Assembly: GCA_964035575.1 (NCBI GenBank)
Contig: OZ037836.1
Location: 1,860,001 to 1,924,000 of the forward strand
Length of the DNA: 64,000 nt
Reading direction: 5' to 3'
Origin: Rhynchopus sp. YZ270_cl-10
Taxonomy: Eukaryota
Part shown: positions 1-11,771 of the stretch, in pieces
Layout of the letters: every line of letters starts with the position of its first letter
How positions within the stretch are numbered: position 1 is the first letter of the stretch
Position numbers and translations under genes: made by a program
Notes under the pieces: generated by a model
Database searches by the model: none
What the model saw: the letters and a program-made list of their open reading frames with translations, nothing else
What the model was told of the DNA's origin: nothing

Positions 1-121
1 CGTTACGTTGGGAAACTGCTTTATGCTTGTTCATGCATCACACCTGTGCTTTGTCAAGGCAACATAGAAGGTCTGAACGAACATCCCCTGCCTCAAAACA
101 CCTGAAACAGAGAGACACAAA

Positions 122-973
122 ATGGAAATATGTGTGAAGAGCTTTGACGGAGAGAAGTACACAGTCGATGTGGGTGTGGATGATACAACTGCGGACATAC
201 GGCGGAAGGTGGCGTCTGCAGCAGAGTTGTGCGAAGACGGCTTTGACATGAGCTTCGGAGGGAAGCTGCTGGCCGAAGGAGACGACACGACACAGCTGAG
301 TGCTGGGGACACAGTTGTGCTGACGAAGACGAAGTCGCAGAAGGACGACGCCATTGCAGCTCTTCGTGACTTGGGTGAGACAGCGCTGACGACACAGAAG
401 TTCAAAGGTCTGGAAGATCCCAAGCTGATTCATTTGTTTCTGCAGGCGGAGGTTGTTACTGAGATCCCCCACTACTTCTTGGAAGGTACCACATTCTCAG
501 AACTTGATCTCAGTGGTGTGCCAGGTGTGACTGCAGTAGGTTACTCCGTCCTCTACAACTGCACCTCATTGCACACTCTTGATTTATCTGGGTGGAACAA
601 TGTGACGCACATCCGGCCCTATTTCGTCTCCAACTGCAGCGCATTGAAAACCCTTGACTTATCTGGGTGGAACAATGTAACGACTGTCGGATCCGGATTC
701 CTCTCCAACTGCAGTGCGTTGACGACACTGGACTTATCTGGGTGGAACAATGTGACGCAGATTGGGAGCTACTTCTTCTTCAACTGCACTTCGTTGGACA
801 CACTTGACTTGTCTGGGTGGACGAGTGTTACGCAGATTTATCCACACTTCCTGGAAGGATGCAACATACGGACAAGCAGCATCAATGTCACCGGATCGAG
901 CAGTGTTGTGACGAAATATGTGCACAGCCGTAAGGTAGAGGACGATACCAAACACAAATGTGTGTGCATGTGA
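122..973 (+). CDS. UBL-LRR protein, type A (N-terminal ubiquitin-like domain, 5 x 25-aa BspA-like LRRs, C-terminal CaaX CVCM)
   Basis: Intact 283-aa ORF; MEICVKSFDGEKYTVDV...FGGKLLAE resembles a ubiquitin fold; repeats LxxLDLSGWxNVTxIGxxFLxxC; ends KHKCVCM. Confidence 0.9.
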   Translation: MEICVKSFDGEKYTVDVGVDDTTADIRRKVASAAELCEDGFDMSFGGKLLAEGDDTTQLSAGDTVVLTKTKSQKDDAIAALRDLGETALTTQKFKGLEDPKLIHLFLQAEVVTEIPHYFLEGTTFSELDLSGVPGVTAVGYSVLYNCTSLHTLDLSGWNNVTHIRPYFVSNCSALKTLDLSGWNNVTTVGSGFLSNCSALTTLDLSGWNNVTQIGSYFFFNCTSLDTLDLSGWTSVTQIYPHFLEGCNIRTSSINVTGSSSVVTKYVHSRKVEDDTKHKCVCM

Positions 974-1518
974 GGCACTGTCTGCTCATGCAAGACAACA
1001 CCAAACCTCTTCTTCTTTTCAGCGCACACTCTGCAGTGGGAAATGATCCGAACTACTGTGCACTGATTTTCCGAAAGTCGGAATCTCTGACAAAACGTCG
1101 TCATACCGTCATGAACACAGGCTTGGCAATATCTGATACATCAACCGTGCAGCTTTCTTCCGGACCTCAACCACAGCTAGATACGCGGCGCCTGCCGAGT
1201 TAACATCGATCTGAGCGAGCTGGGCTCACTAAGATATCTTGCCCGTGGCCAACAGCTCTACAACCTGGGTGCTAATGACCCACCCCTGCACCTACGGACA
1301 ACACTGATCCACTCTAACCTGCAGGTGTCCTGCGGGACGTCTTATACTGGAGCTGAGCTGCGCCTGCACCCGCAGAACAACGACTTCGAATGTGTAAACA
1401 ACAAATACAAGCTACTCCACAGAGTTGAGGACAACGCGTTGTCAAGTACAAATAGCATTCGGGTGACATTGAGTACATATCCTGCAGCAGCAGGTGCTTT
1501 TTGACACAGCAACAAAAA

Positions 1519-1566
1519 TAGTGGAGTTCATCCTCGGGTGTCTACACTAAAACAAACCAAGTTTTC
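1519..1566 (+). repeat. ~47-bp dispersed hairpin repeat (TAGTGGAG...CACTA-A-rich-AAGTTTTC)
   Basis: Other copies at 10770-10809 (partial), 22245-22938 (split by a MITE), 37965-38011, 49306-49352, 54408-54436 (partial). Confidence 0.75.
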
Positions 1567-2520
1567 AAAAATGCTCGAGAGACTCGTTCCTCTTTGCTTG
1601 TTGCTCAAAAGACTATAAACGGGGGGGAAAAAAGTAAAAGTTGTTTGTTGTTCGCTTCCACCACTTTTTTTTTTTTTCTTCTTCTTCGACTTGATTTACG
1701 ATATGGTTGTGTTTGCCTGAAGTACAGAAAGTGTCGTGGAGCACAGGGGGGGAAAGAGGGGGAAACAAGCGGGGAGCGGGATACGCAGACGCGCGAATTT
1801 TCACGAGGGTCTCGAGCATTTTGTCAAATACTACGTGTTTACTAAAAATAATAAAACCTACATTCTCGAACTTTTCTACTTACGTGATTTTCATTGGACG
1901 CATCCCCGGGGAGCACAAGCAAAGGGTAATGAAAGGGAACAATGAAGATTAAACAAGCTAGAAAAGAGACAGTATATATTTCCGAACACACACATACACA
2001 CTACTCAAATCATTCAATCCGAAAGAGCCCAATCATTTCGGTTTTGTATTATTTCCTTACAAACCTTACACGTACCGCTTCGTATGTTTGTATACAAAAA
2101 AAAATATAAGAAATCTGCTTCCTTTCGTTTTGGTCCCCTACCTCACCTGCATATTCTTTACTCGACCTTGAAGATGGTAAGTCTGGCGACTCACAAAAGT
2201 ATTTACAGTAATCTGTAAAGGACGTCTTATTTCAGCTAACTTACTCGTGCGCAAAAAACGATGCTTCTGGGCGTCGTTATGCTTGCGTGAGCCCCTTACA
2301 GGGCAAAACAGTCGGGAAGACACGGTGGTGAAAATCACCAAAAACCTGTTGGAGAAAAGCGTAGGTCCCCCGAATGGGGTAGGCTTAGAAAGCCTCTTCA
2401 CAGGAAACTGCTTTGTGCTTGCTCATGCATCACACCTGTGCTTTGTCAAGGCAACATAGAAAGTCTGAACCAGCAACCCCTGCCCTACCCAAAACACCTG
2501 AAACAGAGAAACACAAAACC

Positions 2521-2541
2521 ATGGAAATATGTGTGAAGAGC
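2521..2541 (+). pseudogene. 5' stub of a type A UBL-LRR gene (MEICVKS) with its duplicated upstream region
   Basis: 2403-2541 matches 11-142; homology stops after codon 7 and transposon-like sequence follows. Confidence 0.8.
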
Positions 2542-2617
2542 GGCAAGGACCCCACAGAAGTATATTTCCCCCCGGTTATGGTCGTAATTGAAAGATTTGC
2601 GCCACGTCTTGCCTAGG

Positions 2618-3268
2618 GGCAGAGATTTTTTTGTGGGGGGGTGGGGGGGGGTTCGACCCCCCTTGGGGGGTTTTTCAGACGTGTCCAGGGGGGGTGGAGA
2701 AAAAAAAAATCCGGGGGCCGAAAAATTTCCAGGGGGGGTGGCCCGGCATGCACCCACACTCGCCATGGGGCCATATTCAGCCTCGTTCCTCGTGAACAAA
2801 GTGACTCCGTGCAGCCAGAACGCGACTCAATTAGTCAAGCGCCGAAGGAAAAGGAAGCATGCAGCATGGCGAAAGACAAAAAGTAGCGTACCGTGCGCCT
2901 GCGGCGCAAGCTTGCAACCCACCCTTCCCATGACATAGTTTGGCGGTAAAAATGTGTAATTTTAAGCGCAAATTTTTGAAATGTTGCGTACCGTGGCTTC
3001 GCCAGGAACCTATGGGTGCCATGACCGCCGTTTCTTTTGTAAATGTACTGAGGTTACTGATAATTCGTGTGCCCCGTCTGCCTGGTGTAAATATCAGTGA
3101 AGTGCCGAACTCCGCAGTTGGACAACCACGGAATTCTCACATTCCGCCGGAGGCCCCCAACTTGAGCTAAGGTGGGGACCCGGGCGCGCGAAGCGCGCCC
3201 GGGCTCGGCTGACAAATTTTCGACCCCCCTTGAGGCCTGAAAAACCGGATCGAAAAATAAACTCTGCC
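2618..3268. mobile_element. MITE with GGCAGAG termini and 4-bp TSD (TAGG), beside an orphan hAT-like right end (AAAACCCTG ending 3404)
   Basis: TAGG at 2614-2617 and 3269-3272; GGCAGAG/CTCTGCC ends; internal 2790-3183 is an inverted homolog of 27172-27673. Confidence 0.6.
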
Positions 3269-4197
3269 TAGGGGGAAAAAAAAGAAGAAAAAAAAAACAT
3301 TTCCCACTAACCGTTGGGGGTACCGCGGTACCCCCAAAAATCGAGTTTTTCCCCCAAATTTTTCCTTGGGGGTACCGGCGGTACCCCCCATAGCGAAAAC
3401 CCTGCTTTTATTTATTGTTTCATTAGAAAAAGAATGTATAATACTATATGAATTGTTGGGAAATAAAACCTGGAACGGTATTCTGCCCAAAGTCTGAGGG
3501 AAACTCAATACGTCATTTTGCGAAGACTTCTTTCCTGTTGGTGCGTGGGGTGTCTGCAACGTCTTGTCAATGTACTTCGTACATATTCACACAATAGCCC
3601 CGACTCCCACAGCCCCACCTCCACCAATGCTTTCCTCCACGCACTCCGTGCCTTCTTCCCACCATGATTGCCTCCTTCAGTGTTCTGATGTCCTCTCCTC
3701 CTCCCACAACCCCACCACACAACAGAGCAACACAAAAAAGAAGACAAAATGGACGTAACCATCAAGGGGTACGACGACAACTTGTTCATGATCGAGGTGG
3801 GTGTGGATGACACAACGGAGACGATGCGGCAGAAGGTGGCGTCTGCAGTGGGGTTGGCTGAGGACAGCTTCCACATGGGCTTCGGAGGGAAGGACGAAGG
3901 AGACGACATCACGCAGCTGAGTGCTGGAGACACAATCATCCTCACGAAAGCTACGAAGTACGCAGCCCGAGCAGAGCTTCATGCGTTGGGTGAGACGGAC
4001 ATCACTGCAGAGCGGTTGGGGGAGGTGGAGGATCCTGAGGTGGCGTGTTTGCTTCTGCAGGCGGAGGTTGCGACTGTCATTCCGGATGACTTCTTGTCGG
4101 GTTCATCATTAACGAGACTTGATCTGAGTGCTGTGTCGTGTGTGACGGAGGTTGGTGATACGTTTCTGTGCGATTGCACACTGTTGACAAGCATCGA

Positions 4198-4288
4198 GGG
4201 GACAAAAACGTGAGGTGGCAGCCCCCCGGCATTTTTGCCCTGGCGTCCCCGGCTATAATCTCTTTTTTGAGTGAACGAAGGCCACGCG
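4198..4288 (+). ncRNA. Putative HDV-like self-cleaving ribozyme
   Basis: P1 GGGGAC/GTCCCC(4245-4250); P2 GTGGC/GCCAC; P3 GCC/GGC; P1.1 CC/GG(4251-4252); short P4 CTC/GAG; J4/2 CGAA(4276-4279); first P1 base is the first base of the insertion. Confidence 0.75.
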
Positions 4289-4809
4289 TGGGATGGTTGC
4301 ATTGCACTTTTGCAAACCCGGGCACATGATACTGGAGGGTCCAAAGCAACTGGAGGAGGTGTATGCTGGGCTTTTTGTGCCCTCAGGGATTTAAGCGACC
4401 CTGCACCTACTTTACGACCATGCAGAGCTTTTGCTTTTCTTTTCTTTGCTTTTCTTTGCTTTTTGTAGGTGCTAACCTGCGGCAGTGGTTTGCATCAGTT
4501 GGGTGTTCCACTCACCGCAGTTTAGAGAATTAGGAGATGCCAGTCATTCGTTCCTCCCATTGGAATGACTGGTGGTTTTATTGTTGTTTATTTCTTTTGA
4601 CGCTGCCAGAGTGCGGACCTTGACCTGGCTTATATACTAACCTAGGCCACCAGCGGTGGTATACGGCCCCTGTTCACTTAGGTGTCGCTTCTTTGTTGGG
4701 TATAAGTCAGCAAATGGGATCAAGCCACTCTCTGGCACACCGTGGTGCCATCCTTCCCTTTTGCTGGTTTTTCTTTTTGCGGGGGTGGATCACGTTTTTC
4801 AAGTTTAAT
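4198..4809 (+). mobile_element. Non-coding retroposon-like insertion, family 1 (612 bp, 18-bp TSD)
   Basis: ACTGTTGACAAGCATCGA at 4180-4197 and 4810-4827; no TIR; no long ORF; ribozyme-like 5' head. Confidence 0.9.
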
Positions 4810-7319
4810 ACTGTTGACAAGCATCGACCTGTCTGGGTTGAGCAATGTGACTCGCATCGGTAGCGACGTTCTCTGCGACTGCAAAGGTTTAACCACTCTG
4901 GATCTTTCAGCACTCAGCAACGTGACGCGCATCGGTAGCTGCTTTCTCTACGGCTGCGAAGGTTTAACCACTCTGGATATTTCTCCACTCAGCAACGTGA
5001 CAGAATTCGGTAACCACTTTCTCAACGACTGCGAAGGCTTGACCACTCTGGATCTTTCGCCACTCAGCAACGTGACAGAAGTCGGTGACTACTTTCTCAA
5101 CGACTGCGAAGGCTTGACCACTCTGGATCTTTCGCCACTCAGCAACGTGACAGAATTCGGTAACCACTTTCTCAAGAACTGCGAAGGTTTAACCACTCTG
5201 GATCTTTCGCCACTCAGCAACTTGACGCACATCGGTATCGGCTTTCTCTACTACTGCGAAGGCTTGACCACTCTGGATCTTTCGCCACTCAGCAACGTGA
5301 CAGAAGTCGGTAACCACTTTCTCAAGAACTGCAAAGGCTTGACCACTCTGGATCTTTCGCCACTCAGCAACGTGACAGAAGTCGGTGACTACTTTCTCTC
5401 CGACTGCAACGGTTTAACCACTCTGGATCTTTCACCACTCAGCAGGGTCAAGTTTATTGGTGCGTACTTTCTTACGAACTGCACTTCGTTGAAGAGTATT
5501 CACCTTACCGGCTGCAGCAGTGCTGTGTCCGACACAGTAGTGAAGTGCGAGCTGAGCAACCTTGTGGTTGAAGCACGTCCGCAACGCAGCAGAGACGAAT
5601 CCCCCTAGCAAGCACACAAACGGCAGAGACACGCACAATGACGATGAGGTGTGCTGCATAACGGGATTCCTCAAGTCGCTCTTCCAACGAAAGCAGACAT
5701 GGTGGCAGTTTAGTGAGGACACATCAGTTGGAAAATGTTTGTTTAATGTTGATGAGGGTGGCATCGGTTTGTAATGTGGTCCACGTTTTGTGGGAATTGT
5801 CAAGATCTTGATCACAAAGATGAAGATTTGGGCTGTGTAAAATGTTTGGCTTGTTTGCCTTGTCGGGTGTGTGCACTGTATGTGAAACAACTGTGGATCT
5901 GCAGGTACGTGCTCTGTTGTTTATTCTGTGTTTTGGTTTTGTTATATTTTTACGCTTTTTTACGTTTGTAGAAGAAGGGACCTTGCGAACATTCTTTCGC
6001 AGGTGGGTACAAGCTGTCACCGTGGCACTCACTTCCCATCTCAACAATTCTCCTTGAAAGAAAAAATACGTTGTTTTATATTTTTGTTGCATGTATCTTC
6101 CAGTCCTGTGGCTGCCTGGAATAACGGGATGCATGCAACCCTGCAGTGCCATCAGCCATCTTGAGTTCACGAGATTACTGTGAACTCCGCTGCAGTTGCT
6201 GTGGTACATTTTACTGTTTCCTCAGTCCGATAAATTTTTTATTACGGTGCAGAAGAGGCAGTAGGGCAGACCAACTACCAAAGGTGGGGTCTGCGCTAGA
6301 GGGAAGGGGTTACGTTTTCAGGGTGTGTGCACTGTACGTGAGACAACTGACGTGCTCTGTTGTTTATCCAGGATCACGAACCTATGTCATTTGAAAGCAT
6401 ATTCGGGGATGGTACATGGGGACAGGAAGGGTAACAAACAAGGTGGTCGCCCTTCTTTATTAGCACGCCATATGTTAGGGTTTTGTGCATTGCTTCTTTC
6501 ATTAGTTTTGCAGTCAGGCCAGCTTACTGCATGGGAGGGCTGCCACATCCAGGGGTGAGATGTGCTGCCTGCAAATGACTTCTCGAGTCTGCGAAGTGCA
6601 TTTATACATTTTGCATCTCCATAACGATACACCTGCCCAGCTCAACCGACTCCCCCGACAACTCATGTGTAACTGTTCGACGAGAGAAACCATAAATGTG
6701 TTCCTTCCCATCCCTCCACCTTTTCACTGTCCTCTTGGTTCACCTTTCCTATTGGTCGGAAGTGCCAAAATAGGGTCGATAATTTTTGGATTGGAAAGAG
6801 CGGTCGCGAAAAAGCCCAAATAAGGCGTTTTCGTTTTCGTTTTTAAATTTTCTAATTTTTTAGTTTTTATGATTACAATGCAATGCTAAAAGGAAATTGA
6901 ACACCGTACCCACAAGAGAGGCCGCTTCCAGACTTCGGGCGGTTTTGAACACTACCCCTTCCTTAGTGGGTGATTTTCCGGCAACAAAAAACCACCAAAA
7001 AGCAAATTATAAAATGACACCCCCCACTGTCGAGGACATGTTAATATGGGGATCACCACAAAAACAAAACAAAAGACCTGTCCCCTTGTAACTGTTTGTT
7101 GTCTCTTGCGTACTCTCACCCCCAATTGTAAACACCTTGCACAAAACAGAGAGACACAAAACCATGGAAATATGTGTGAAGAGCTTTGACGGAGAGAAGT
7201 ACACAGTCGATGTGGGTGTGGATGATACAACTGCGGACATACGGCGGAAGGTGGCGTCTGCAGCAGAGTTGTGCGAAGACGGCTTTGACATGAGCTTCGG
7301 AGGGAAGCTGCTGGCCGAA

Positions 7320-7411
7320 CCCGGCGACGGACCGCCCCCCATAGCACATTTTTGCGGTGCACGGGCGTATCGGGATTAGTATCTTTTTTTCGAGAGAACC
7401 GAAGAGCGGCC
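7320..7411 (+). ncRNA. Putative HDV-like ribozyme (family 2 head)
   Basis: P1 CCCGGCG/CGT(AT)CGGG; P2 GG(A)CCGC/GCGGCC; P3 CCC/GGG; P1.1 AT/AT; J4/2 CGAA; L3 holds a GCAC/GTGC hairpin. Confidence 0.62.
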
Positions 7412-7940
7412 AGGTCCTGGACAAGTACGTTGTGCTTTTAGACCTACAAACTGTCTGGGGTGGTGGGACCTCGGTGCGAAGGGTGCTTCCCGGGACCCCA
7501 ATATCCTACCGCAATTATGGATCAGGATCCGAGTACACCATGTAAGCATGAACTATGCAGGGTACTCTAAGCCGATCACTTCCACAACTCCCAGATCCCA
7601 AGACCTCCACGGGGGGCAGGCCTCCACGGTAACCCGCGACCGCCGACACCTTAGCTCCGTACTGCCTCTGTCTGTAACCTGCCGGTCCCCCACTTACCTA
7701 CGTTTTTATGTGGTGTCTTTTTACGACGGTGGACCAAGGGGCTTTGCAGTGCAGTCAACGCCGACGGAGCGAGACTCGATTGTGACCGGGTGAAAAGGGA
7801 ACCTTAGCCAGCGCTAACCAGCGGCAGTTTTGACTCAGGGAAGGAGTTTCTCACCGCAGACTGGCGACACACCCCCACTTTTTCGGGGTGGCTCACATGT
7901 GGGACGGGGTGTTCCATCCTATTTTTCAAAAAACGTACAC
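7320..7940 (+). mobile_element. Non-coding retroposon-like insertion, family 2, full length (621 bp, 19-bp TSD)
   Basis: AGGGAAGCTGCTGGCCGAA at 7301-7319 and 7941-7959; closely similar to 13636-14239. Confidence 0.92.
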
Positions 7941-8085
7941 AGGGAAGCTGCTGGCCGAAGGAGACGACACGACGCAGCTGAGTGCTGGGGACACAGTTGT
8001 GCTGAAGAAGACGAAGTCGCAGAAGGACGACGCCATTGCAGCTCTTCGTGACTTGGGTGAGACAAGGCTGACGTCAGAGAGGTTC

Positions 8086-8453
8086 GCAGGGTACTCTAAG
8101 CCGATCACTTCCACAACTCCCAGATCCCAAGACCTCCACGGGGGGCAGGCATCCACGACACCTTAGCTCCGTACTGCCTCTGTCTGTAACCTGCCGGTCC
8201 CCCACCTACCTACGCTTTTTGTGGTGTCTTTTTACGACGGTGGACCAAGGGGCTTTGCAGTGCAGTCAACGCCGACGGAGCGAGACTCGATTGTGACCGG
8301 GTGAAAAGGGAACCTTAGCCAGCGCTAACCAGCGGCAGTTTTGACTCAGGGAGGAGTTTCTCACCGCAGACTGGCGACACACCCCCATTTTACAGGGTGG
8401 CTGCATTCCTCTTCGGAACGGGGTGTTCCATCCTATTTTTAAAAACGTTTATA
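8086..8453 (+). mobile_element. 5'-truncated family 2 retroposon (368 bp, 13-bp TSD)
   Basis: GTCAGAGAGGTTC at 8073-8085 and 8454-8466; matches only the 3' part (from 7557) of the full-length copy. 5' truncation with a TSD is typical of target-primed reverse transcription. Confidence 0.9.
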
Positions 8454-9812
8454 GTCAGAGAGGTTCAAAGGTCTGGATGATCCCAAGCTGATTCATTTGT
8501 TTCTGCGGGCGGAGGTTGTGACTGAGATCCCCTCCAACTGCTTGAGAGATGGCACGTTCTCAGAACTTGATCTCAGTGGTGTGCCAGGTGTGACTGCAGT
8601 AGGCCACTCCTTTCTCCGCTGCACCTCATTGCACACTGCTGACTTATCTGGGTGGAGCAATGTGACACTCCTAGAGGGTTTCTTTCTCTACAGCTGCAGC
8701 GCATTGACCACCCTTGACTTGTCTGGGTGGAATAATGTGACGCAACTTGGGAACTCTTTTCTCCGCGAGTGCAGCGCATTGAAAACACTTGACTTATCTG
8801 GGTTGGCGACTGTTCAGCACATTAGGGAAGACTTCCTGTATGGATGCAACATACCCACAAGCAGCATCAACGTCACCGGATCGAGCAGTGTTGTGTCAGA
8901 ATATGTGAACATAGCGGTAGCTTCGTGGACGATACCAAGCACCAATGTGTGTGCATGTGAGGTATGTGCATCTTTCGAGAGGCTAGGTGCTCATTGCGAT
9001 GTTCAGCGAACGAATTTTACATTGCACGTTGCACTTTGCCCCTACCAAAACTAACGTCGCTTTTTGACCATTATTGTTTATGCTTTCCCAACCCTCAACG
9101 TTACAAAGACGAGAGGAAAAAGAGAAATTGGTGATGTTTTTATACTCAGTTCTTTGCATCCTCGCATGCGTACAGTGATACAATCAAGCATGTTGTCGCA
9201 GCCAGTATTTTTGTGCACTTTTGCACTATTTTAACCGACGTATTTTTGTGCTTTTTTTTTGCACGACCATTCTGTGCTAAGACATAAGCCTGCTCGGTAC
9301 CCCCCGCACAACTTGCTGTTTGTGCCCATTCATCGTTCAAGGTTTCGTTCTTTGGTTCCAAAGTGGAAACAAAACAGCGTCATTTACCCCTTCATTTGTG
9401 TAGTCAGCTTTTTGTGTTTTTTTGTGTTGTGAGAGAAATGTGCAGGGTTGGACCCCTGTAGTCATGATAAAAGCCATGACGCCATTGAGCGACTCATAGG
9501 CGCATGAGTGATATACGTTGTCGCTGTGGTATCCCGCCTCGCAGAGGAAGGTGTTTTTGACACAGCAACTTCGTGAGTTAGTATCGGTCTGTGAATCAAA
9601 TTGGAAACGGCGTGTTTTGCGCTTCATATCGCAGAGGATAGAGAAACTGAAAAGTCATGAAAATGAAATACCCCCGTGTGCCCCACTAATTTGTTGATCG
9701 CATCCAATCAAAAGCAAAAGAAAAGACCTCTCCCCTTGCAACTGTTTGTTGTCTCTTGCGTACTCTTACCCCCAATTGAAAACACCTGCACAAAACAGAG
9801 AGACACAAAACC

Positions 9813-10745
9813 ATGGAAATATGTGTGAAGAGCTTTGACGGAGAGAAGTACACAGTCGAGGTGGGTGTGGATGATACAACTGCGGACATACGGCGGAAGG
9901 TGGCGTCTGCAGCAGAGTTGTGCGAAGACGGCTTTGACATGAGCTTCGGAGAGAAGGTGCTGGCCGAAGGAGACGACATCACGCAGCTGAGTGCTGGGGA
10001 CACAGTTGTGCTGACGAAGACGAAGTCGCAGAAGGACGACGCCATTGCAGCTCTTCGTGACTTGGGTGAGACAAGGCTGACGACACAGAGGTTCGAAGAT
10101 CTTGCAGATCCCAAGCTGGTTCATTTGTTTCTGCAGGCGGAGGTTGTTACTGAGATTCCCTTCAACTGCTTGAGAGATGGCACGTTCGAAGAACTTGATC
10201 TCAGTGGTGTGCCAGGTGTGCTTGAAGTCCAGGAATATTTCCTCGCAGACTGCAGGTCATTGCACACTGCTGATTTATCTGAGTGGAGCAATGTGACACG
10301 CACTGGGAGCAGTTTCCTCTCCCACTGCACCTCATTGACCACACTGGATATTTCTGGGTGGCACAATGTGACGCAGATGGGAAGGTGCTTTCTCTTCAAC
10401 TGCTGCGCATTGCAAACCCTTGACTTGTCTAAGTGGAACTATGTGACGCGGGTTGATGACTACTTTCTCTGCAACTGCAAGCGATTGACCGCTCTGGATA
10501 TTTCTGGGTGGAACAATGTGACGCATGTTGGGAACTATTTTCTCGGCAACTGCACTTCATTGAGAACACAAACACTTGACTTATCTGGGTTGACGACTGT
10601 TCAGCACATTGGGACAGACTTCCTGCATGGATGCTACATACCCACAAGCAGCATCAACGTAACCGGATCGAGCAGTGTTGTGACGAAATATGTGCAGACC
10701 CGTTGCCTCGTGGACATAATCAAGCACCAATGTGTGTGCATGTGA
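9813..10745 (+). CDS. UBL-LRR type A protein (6 LRRs, CaaX CVCM)
   Basis: Intact 310-aa ORF paralogous to 122-973. Confidence 0.9.
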   Translation: MEICVKSFDGEKYTVEVGVDDTTADIRRKVASAAELCEDGFDMSFGEKVLAEGDDITQLSAGDTVVLTKTKSQKDDAIAALRDLGETRLTTQRFEDLADPKLVHLFLQAEVVTEIPFNCLRDGTFEELDLSGVPGVLEVQEYFLADCRSLHTADLSEWSNVTRTGSSFLSHCTSLTTLDISGWHNVTQMGRCFLFNCCALQTLDLSKWNYVTRVDDYFLCNCKRLTALDISGWNNVTHVGNYFLGNCTSLRTQTLDLSGLTTVQHIGTDFLHGCYIPTSSINVTGSSSVVTKYVQTRCLVDIIKHQCVCM

Positions 10746-11697
10746 GTCATGTGCATCTTTCGACACATTGCACATCCTCGGGTGTCCACACTAATACAAC
10801 GAAGCTTTCAAAAACAAAACAAAGACCTCTCCCCTAACTGTTTGTTTTCTCTTGCACACCACACATACCTAAACACGAAGTTGCTTCCTTTCTCTGCAGA
10901 CAAACACACATGTCTTGTGGAAACCTTTTGAGTGTACCTCTTCTCGAAGTACGACAACAACGTGTCTTTGCAACATGAGGCTGTCTACCTCCACCATCTT
11001 TTCTCACCGCCCTGTCACCCTGTCACCCTTTTTTCTCCTTGTCGCATACGCGAATTTTCCTGGAACCGCAGGAAAAAGACTGGGGAGTGTTGGTGTGTCC
11101 GTGATGCCACAGAGCCGACTCGTTGAGTGCCTCACAAAACCTCAAATTGCTTCTTCTTTGCTTTTATTTATTGTCTTCGCGCTTTATCATTGTTGTTGGG
11201 AAATAAAACCTGGAACAGTATTCTGCCCAAAGTCTGAGGGAAACTCAATACGTCATTTTGCGAAGACTTCTTTCCTGTTGGTGCGTGGGGTGTCTGCAAC
11301 GTCTTGTCAATGTACTTCGTACATGTTCACACAATAGCCCCAACTCCCACAGCCCCACCCCCACCAATGCTTTCCTCCACGCACTCCGTGCCTTCTTCCC
11401 ACCATGATTGCCTCCTTCAGTGTTCTGATGTCCTCTCCTACTCCCACAACCCCACCACACAACAGAGCAACACAGAAAAAACGACAAAATGGACGTAACC
11501 ATCAAGGGGTACGACGACAACTTGTTCATGATCGAGGTGGGTGTGGATGACACAACGGAGACGATGCGGCAGAAGGTGGCGTCTGCAGTGGGGTTGGCTG
11601 AGGACAGCTTCCACATGGGCTTCGGAGGGAAGGACGAAGGAGACGACATCACGCAGCTGAGTGCTGGTGACACAATCATCCTCACGAAAACTAAGAA

Positions 11698-11771
11698 GGG
11701 GGCAATTAACGTCTGACCAACCGCCAAGTGGGGCCCCTGGACGCCGTGTTCGCATGGTACTGAGTCAGCGT
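11698..11771 (+). ncRNA. Putative HDV-like ribozyme (family 3 head)
   Basis: P1 GGGGGC/GCCCCT with G1.U wobble; P2 ACG(T)CTGA/TCAGCGT; P3 CCA/TGG; L3 ACCGCCAAG; P1.1 CC/GG; P4 GCCGTG-TTCG-CATGGT; J4/2 CTGA with C at 11760. Confidence 0.8.

Larger units (their letters stand above)
3749..5608 (+). pseudogene. UBL-LRR type B gene (10 LRRs plus cap), interrupted by a 612-bp insertion and with a premature stop in the tail
   Basis: ORFs 3749-4213 and 4742-5608 join in frame once the insertion and one TSD are removed; TAG at 5606-5608 is GAG in the paralog ending 15017, so EQAHKRQR is lost. Confidence 0.85.
7164..8960 (+). pseudogene. UBL-LRR type A gene (4 LRRs) with two insertions and a late frameshift that removes the CaaX
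   Basis: Segments 7164-7319, 7960-8085 and 8467-8960 join in frame; near 8905 the frame shifts relative to ...DDTKHQCVCM-TGA(8960). Confidence 0.85.

Noticed and set aside
4811..5500. Regular 75-bp repeats with variable segments, superficially CRISPR-like
   Set aside because: They are in-frame LRR coding units; there are no cas genes and the context is eukaryotic
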